Assembly: GCA_050261115.1 (NCBI GenBank)
Contig: JBLNCY010000017.1
Span: 1-10,674, forward strand
DNA: 10,674 nt
Origin: Methanocella sp.
GTDB lineage: Archaea; Thermoproteota; Bathyarchaeia; Bathyarchaeales; Bathycorpusculaceae
Direction: 5' to 3'
The notes beneath the pieces were generated by a model. That model was not told where the DNA came from. It did not search any database and was given only the letters and a program-made list of their open reading frames with translations. Position 1 is the stretch's first letter. Each line of letters starts with the position of its first letter. The translations under genes and the position numbers were made by a program. This document shows positions 7,145-10,674 of this stretch, piece by piece.

Positions 7145-8359
7145 ATGCAGAAAATAACAAAGCTGTTTTTTGCAGTTTTCGTCTGTTCACTGATAATTTT
7201 GTCATTCTCTCAATTCCCCACCTCATCCTCTGAATTGATGACATTTGAGGAACAAGCCTTAGCCTATATCAACAAGGTTTTACCGCTTGACATGACCCAG
7301 TACAATGTCACCTACTGTAGAGTCGGATGGCTACCCCCAGGGTACCAGGACACGCGAGTATGGAACACCACTTCAGTTTACCTCCAAGCCCCCAACAGCT
7401 CAGTTAGTGTAGGCTTCATATTCGTCAATGGGATAATGCGGCAATGCGGTATCTGTTATCTGTCGGGGACTCCATTGATGGAGCCAGGGTACAGCGGCAC
7501 TGGAGCCGTCATAGAGATACTAACGCGGCACAGCGAAATGGTCGGAATGGATTCCCAACAACTCATAAACGCACTCTCAAACGGAAAGAGCGAGGGTGTT
7601 TCCTTGAAAATTGACGAAAGACCTATGTATAATATGGAAATAGTAGACGACAGGCTTGAAGAAAAAGAGTATCTTGGTCTCACCACGAGCTATATTTGGA
7701 CAATAACTGTTGACGCCGTAGGCTACAATAGACTTGTGATGAGTTTTAAAAACGGTTACCTCAGTAACATAGAAGACGATCGCCCCTGTTACCCAATCGG
7801 CGGAACCAACATCGACATATCAAAAGAACAAGCCATAGAGATTGCCAAAGAATACGTCAGCAACTACACCAGCAACTTTAACCTAACCATAACCCAACAT
7901 GCAGCCTCAATCGGCAGCTTCCTACGCAACAGCGAAAAACTCTACCCCTGCTGGATGGTAGATTTACGTTTCAACCTAAACGTCAATGATGTCTCTGTGT
8001 ATCTTTGGGCTGACACTGGAGAAGTGTTCTGGTGCTATCAAGGCGGAAGCCCCCTCAACCAAAGCGAACTCAAACTACTATCAGCACCCAAATTCTCCCA
8101 ATCCTTTGACGTCCCTACCCCAGCGCCAACACAACAGGCAAACGTGGGCTCTTCGCAGCCGCAAGCCACCGACAAGCCAGTTGAACCACAGACCTCCACC
8201 CCAACACCTGACTACCGAACAGGCAACGAAGCATCTGCCCAGACGGATACACCTATGCAGAGTACAGATTCCCAAAGCAGGTCAATATTGGCTTATTCTG
8301 TGGCAGTTTTAATTGGGATAGCGGTCTTTGGTTCAATCGCAGTTATCCGTAGGCTATAG
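7145..8359 (+). CDS. Secreted, C-terminally membrane-anchored surface protein with PepSY-like domain
   Basis: N-terminal signal peptide (MQKITKLFFAVFVCSLIILSFS), PepSY-like pattern ISKEQAIEIAKEY...PCWMVDL...VYLWADTGEV, P/T/Q/S-rich linker, TM helix ILAYSVAVLIGIAVFGSIAVI and RRL tail. Confidence 0.8.
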   Translation: MQKITKLFFAVFVCSLIILSFSQFPTSSSELMTFEEQALAYINKVLPLDMTQYNVTYCRVGWLPPGYQDTRVWNTTSVYLQAPNSSVSVGFIFVNGIMRQCGICYLSGTPLMEPGYSGTGAVIEILTRHSEMVGMDSQQLINALSNGKSEGVSLKIDERPMYNMEIVDDRLEEKEYLGLTTSYIWTITVDAVGYNRLVMSFKNGYLSNIEDDRPCYPIGGTNIDISKEQAIEIAKEYVSNYTSNFNLTITQHAASIGSFLRNSEKLYPCWMVDLRFNLNVNDVSVYLWADTGEVFWCYQGGSPLNQSELKLLSAPKFSQSFDVPTPAPTQQANVGSSQPQATDKPVEPQTSTPTPDYRTGNEASAQTDTPMQSTDSQSRSILAYSVAVLIGIAVFGSIAVIRRL

Positions 8360-8570
8360 TCTAAAAATCGGCGAAAACCTAACAGATCCTGCCCCACTTG
8401 TGGGAAAGATGCAACCGGTTGTAGCCTCACCTAGACGCAAATGCTAAAACAGATTTCTGCCAAGCTCATTAAATTCCCACATAATAACACCCACTTGTTT
8501 GCCACTTTAGCAAGTCTCCCAAAGAGGAGTTTCAGCAGTTTCTTAAGCGTAGGTTCAACCCATGGTTGAC

Positions 8571-8624
8571 TCTATGTATAAGGGAGGGGGTCTATCAGCA
8601 AAGCAACAGACCCCCCAGAAACAT
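8571..8624. repeat. Dispersed intergenic element, copy 2 core (extended similarity about 8410-8634)
   Basis: TCTATGTATAAGGGAGGGGGTCTATCAGCAAAGCAACAGA matches 1211-1250 at 33/40. Contains the stem GGGGGTCT (8586-8593)/AGACCCCC (8608-8615) and is preceded by the hairpin TCAACC-CAT-GGTTGA (8555-8569). Confidence 0.8.
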
Positions 8625-8660
8625 CCAAGAGCCCAGCTAATAGCTATACAATAAGTGCAA

Positions 8661-8677
8661 GACAGCAAAAGAAGGGG
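8661..8677 (-). terminator. Possible archaeal pyrimidine/oligo-T terminator for purL-purQ
   Basis: The minus strand reads CCCCTTCTTTTGCTGTC directly after the purQ TAA. Confidence 0.35.
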
Positions 8678-9499
8678 TTAGTGGGCGGTTTTGGTGAGGT
8701 TGTCTATGATGCTTTGGAAAATCAATTTACCATCACCATACCGGCTTATCTTTGAGTCGCGTGTCCATGTGGGCTGCTGCCACCAGTACATCGCCCGCTC
8801 AGGATGAGGCATCAAGCCAAAAATGCTACCCTCAGGATTACATATGCCTGCGATGTCATAGAAGCTGCCGTTAGGGTTATCGGGGTATTTACCTTCTGCT
8901 GCGGTGCCGTCTTTGCTGCAGTAGCGGAAAACCAGCATGTCTTGGTCGATTAGTTTCCTAAGTATCGCCTCTTCTTTTTCTTTGGGGAATAGCAGTCGGC
9001 CTTCGCCATGCGCGATGGGTAACTGGATGGTTTTGCCGGCTGGGATAGCGCTGGTGAAGACGCAGTTGCTGCGGTTTTCCTGCTTTAGATAAACCCATTT
9101 ACATTTGAATCCCGCAGGCTCGTTTGTGGTAAGGGCAGCTTGGGGGTACTCGCTGATTCCATCAAAACCGGGCAGCAATCCGTATTCGACGAGAATCTGG
9201 AAGCCGTTACATATGCCCAGTATTGGTCTGCCCTCATCGACGAATTGTGCGATTTCCTTGCCCAGATGCGCAGAGAGGTGGCGTGCAAAGATAACGCCGC
9301 TACGTACATAGTCACCGTAACTAAAGCCGCCGGGGAAAACCAGCACATCGTAGTCTAGCAGGTTGCGTTGTTTTATCATGTCGCTGACGTGGACGACTTC
9401 GGCTTGTGCGCCTAATTCGGTGAATGCCCGCTGGGTTTCGGCATCACAGTTTGTTCCGCCAACTCGGAGTACACAGACTTTGATGTCTTGGGGTTTCAT
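8678..9499 (-). CDS. purQ: Phosphoribosylformylglycinamidine synthase glutaminase subunit
   Basis: Motifs GTNCD, PGGFSYGD, catalytic GICNGFQ, PIAHGEG, NPNGS and MPHPER. Has a GGAGG ribosome-binding site and an ATGA overlap with the purL stop. Confidence 0.96.
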   Translation of the reverse strand: MKPQDIKVCVLRVGGTNCDAETQRAFTELGAQAEVVHVSDMIKQRNLLDYDVLVFPGGFSYGDYVRSGVIFARHLSAHLGKEIAQFVDEGRPILGICNGFQILVEYGLLPGFDGISEYPQAALTTNEPAGFKCKWVYLKQENRSNCVFTSAIPAGKTIQLPIAHGEGRLLFPKEKEEAILRKLIDQDMLVFRYCSKDGTAAEGKYPDNPNGSFYDIAGICNPEGSIFGLMPHPERAMYWWQQPTWTRDSKISRYGDGKLIFQSIIDNLTKTAH

Positions 9500-10674
9500 T
9501 GGATATCCTCCTTGGGGTTGAGGGTTCGCTTCCAGCTCTGCCGTAGCTCATCCAGCGACGCCTCGACTGTGGCTTTGCCGTTTAATCCCTTGATGAGCAG
9601 CTTCGGTTCCTGGGTTACTTTTCCGATTGGTCTGCTGTATTTGCCCATAAACTCTTCATAGAGCGCTCTGTCTTGGGGGGCGATTTCGACTAGGAAGCGG
9701 CTATTAGACTCCGAGAACAACAAGAAATCATTGCGAGCTACGTCTTTGGCAGATACTTTTTTGAGATCAAGGTCTAATCCTAATCCGCTCGCAAACGCCA
9801 TTTCTGCCGCCGCCACGGCTAAGCCACCCTCTGAGAGGTCATGACAAGACTTCACGACACCCTCACCCATCGCTTTAGACAGGTTATAGTAGCATCTTCT
9901 GGCTTTAGCCGCGTTAAGTTTAGGCACCGACGCACCAAGGAACCCTTTGAGCTTATAGTATTCGCTGCCGCCCAGTTCAGGGTAAGTATCACCCACCAAA
10001 TAGACCAAGTTCCCTGCAGCCTTTAGATCCACAGACACAGTCTTGTTAATATCAGGCACGACGCCAATAGCGGTGATAAGCAAAGTAGGAGTAACTGGAC
10101 CAAGGGGCGACTCATTATAGAGGCTGTCTTTACCAGAAATAAAGGGTGTTCGGAAGGCTGTGGCTACATCATAGCATGCCTCACAGGCACGAACAAGCGA
10201 ACCCAGCCGCTCAGGTTTCTCAGGGTTACCCCAAGTGAAGTTATCAAGAATCGCAATCCGTCTCCCGCCTACCGCGAGGTTATTGCGTATGGCTTCATCG
10301 ATTGCTGAGGCCGCCATCCAGTAGGCATCGATTTTGCCATAGTTCGGGTTCATACCACAGCTGATCGCAAGGCCCTTAATCGAGTTGTCGAGGGGTTTTA
10401 GGACAGCTGCATCGTTGGGGCCTGCGTAGTCGCCTTGGAGGGGCTTTAATAGAGTGTTACCTTTGACTTCGTGGTCGTAGGTGCGGATGACGGCTTCTTT
10501 GCTTGCGATGTTGGGCGCCGCCAATAACTCCATAAGCGTCAACGTCAAGTTCTCAGGTTCAGGAAACGCTGGCTCTGTTAACTGGACTGTTTCGGTTGCG
10601 GCTATCTTTGTGGTTTCGCAGGGGCTGAAAAGAAAATCCATGTCTATGTCTGAGACGACTTCTCCTTTGTAACT
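9496..10674 (-). CDS. purL: Phosphoribosylformylglycinamidine synthase synthetase subunit, C-terminal part (5'-truncated by the window)
   Basis: The frame is open to the window end (SYKGEVVSDIDMDFLF...). Motifs YDHEV, DAAV, DEAIRNxxAVG, LDNFTWGNP, ISGKDSLYN, HDLSEGG and LFSES. Confidence 0.96.
   Translation of the reverse strand, partial: SYKGEVVSDIDMDFLFSPCETTKIAATETVQLTEPAFPEPENLTLTLMELLAAPNIASKEAVIRTYDHEVKGNTLLKPLQGDYAGPNDAAVLKPLDNSIKGLAISCGMNPNYGKIDAYWMAASAIDEAIRNNLAVGGRRIAILDNFTWGNPEKPERLGSLVRACEACYDVATAFRTPFISGKDSLYNESPLGPVTPTLLITAIGVVPDINKTVSVDLKAAGNLVYLVGDTYPELGGSEYYKLKGFLGASVPKLNAAKARRCYYNLSKAMGEGVVKSCHDLSEGGLAVAAAEMAFASGLGLDLDLKKVSAKDVARNDFLLFSESNSRFLVEIAPQDRALYEEFMGKYSRPIGKVTQEPKLLIKGLNGKATVEASLDELRQSWKRTLNPKEDIQ

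Noticed and set aside
8393-8498. 9-bp direct repeat CCCACTTGT (8393-8401, 8490-8498) as a target-site duplication
   Set aside because: No terminal inverted repeats lie inside it, and there is no equivalent in the other gap.
1211-8624. CRISPR array or DGR template/variable repeat
   Set aside because: There are only two diverged copies 7 kb apart, both non-coding. Mismatches are not confined to adenines, and no cas or reverse transcriptase gene is present.
625-10672. Small alternative-frame or antisense ORFs (e.g. 625-819, 1334-1546, 1758-2117, 4489-4788, 6227-6490, 7986-8312, 9085-9358, 10481-10672)
   Set aside because: All lie within or largely overlap well-supported genes and show no recognisable motifs, so they are treated as shadow ORFs.

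Overview
Archaeal chromosomal window. The gene set and protein style suggest Bathyarchaeia (Bathyarchaeota), which is an inference. The core is a compact housekeeping block: radB-like and carS (-); a YqgF/RNase H-fold protein and a Clp1-type polynucleotide kinase (+); nth and xpd (-); purL (partial) and purQ (-). Two accessory, membrane-anchored surface-protein genes on the + strand interrupt it. One is a NosD/right-handed beta-helix gene, truncated by the window edge and broken by two frameshifts. The other is a PepSY-like protein gene. The most notable unexplained feature is a diverged non-coding element found downstream of both surface-protein genes, 7.36 kb apart and in the same orientation. 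Its layout is hairpin, then TCTATRTATAAGRGAGGGGGT, then AGCAAAGCA...CCAGAAACAT, with 33 of 40 core positions identical and further collinear blocks upstream. No integrase, transposase, CRISPR array, tRNA or rRNA was seen.
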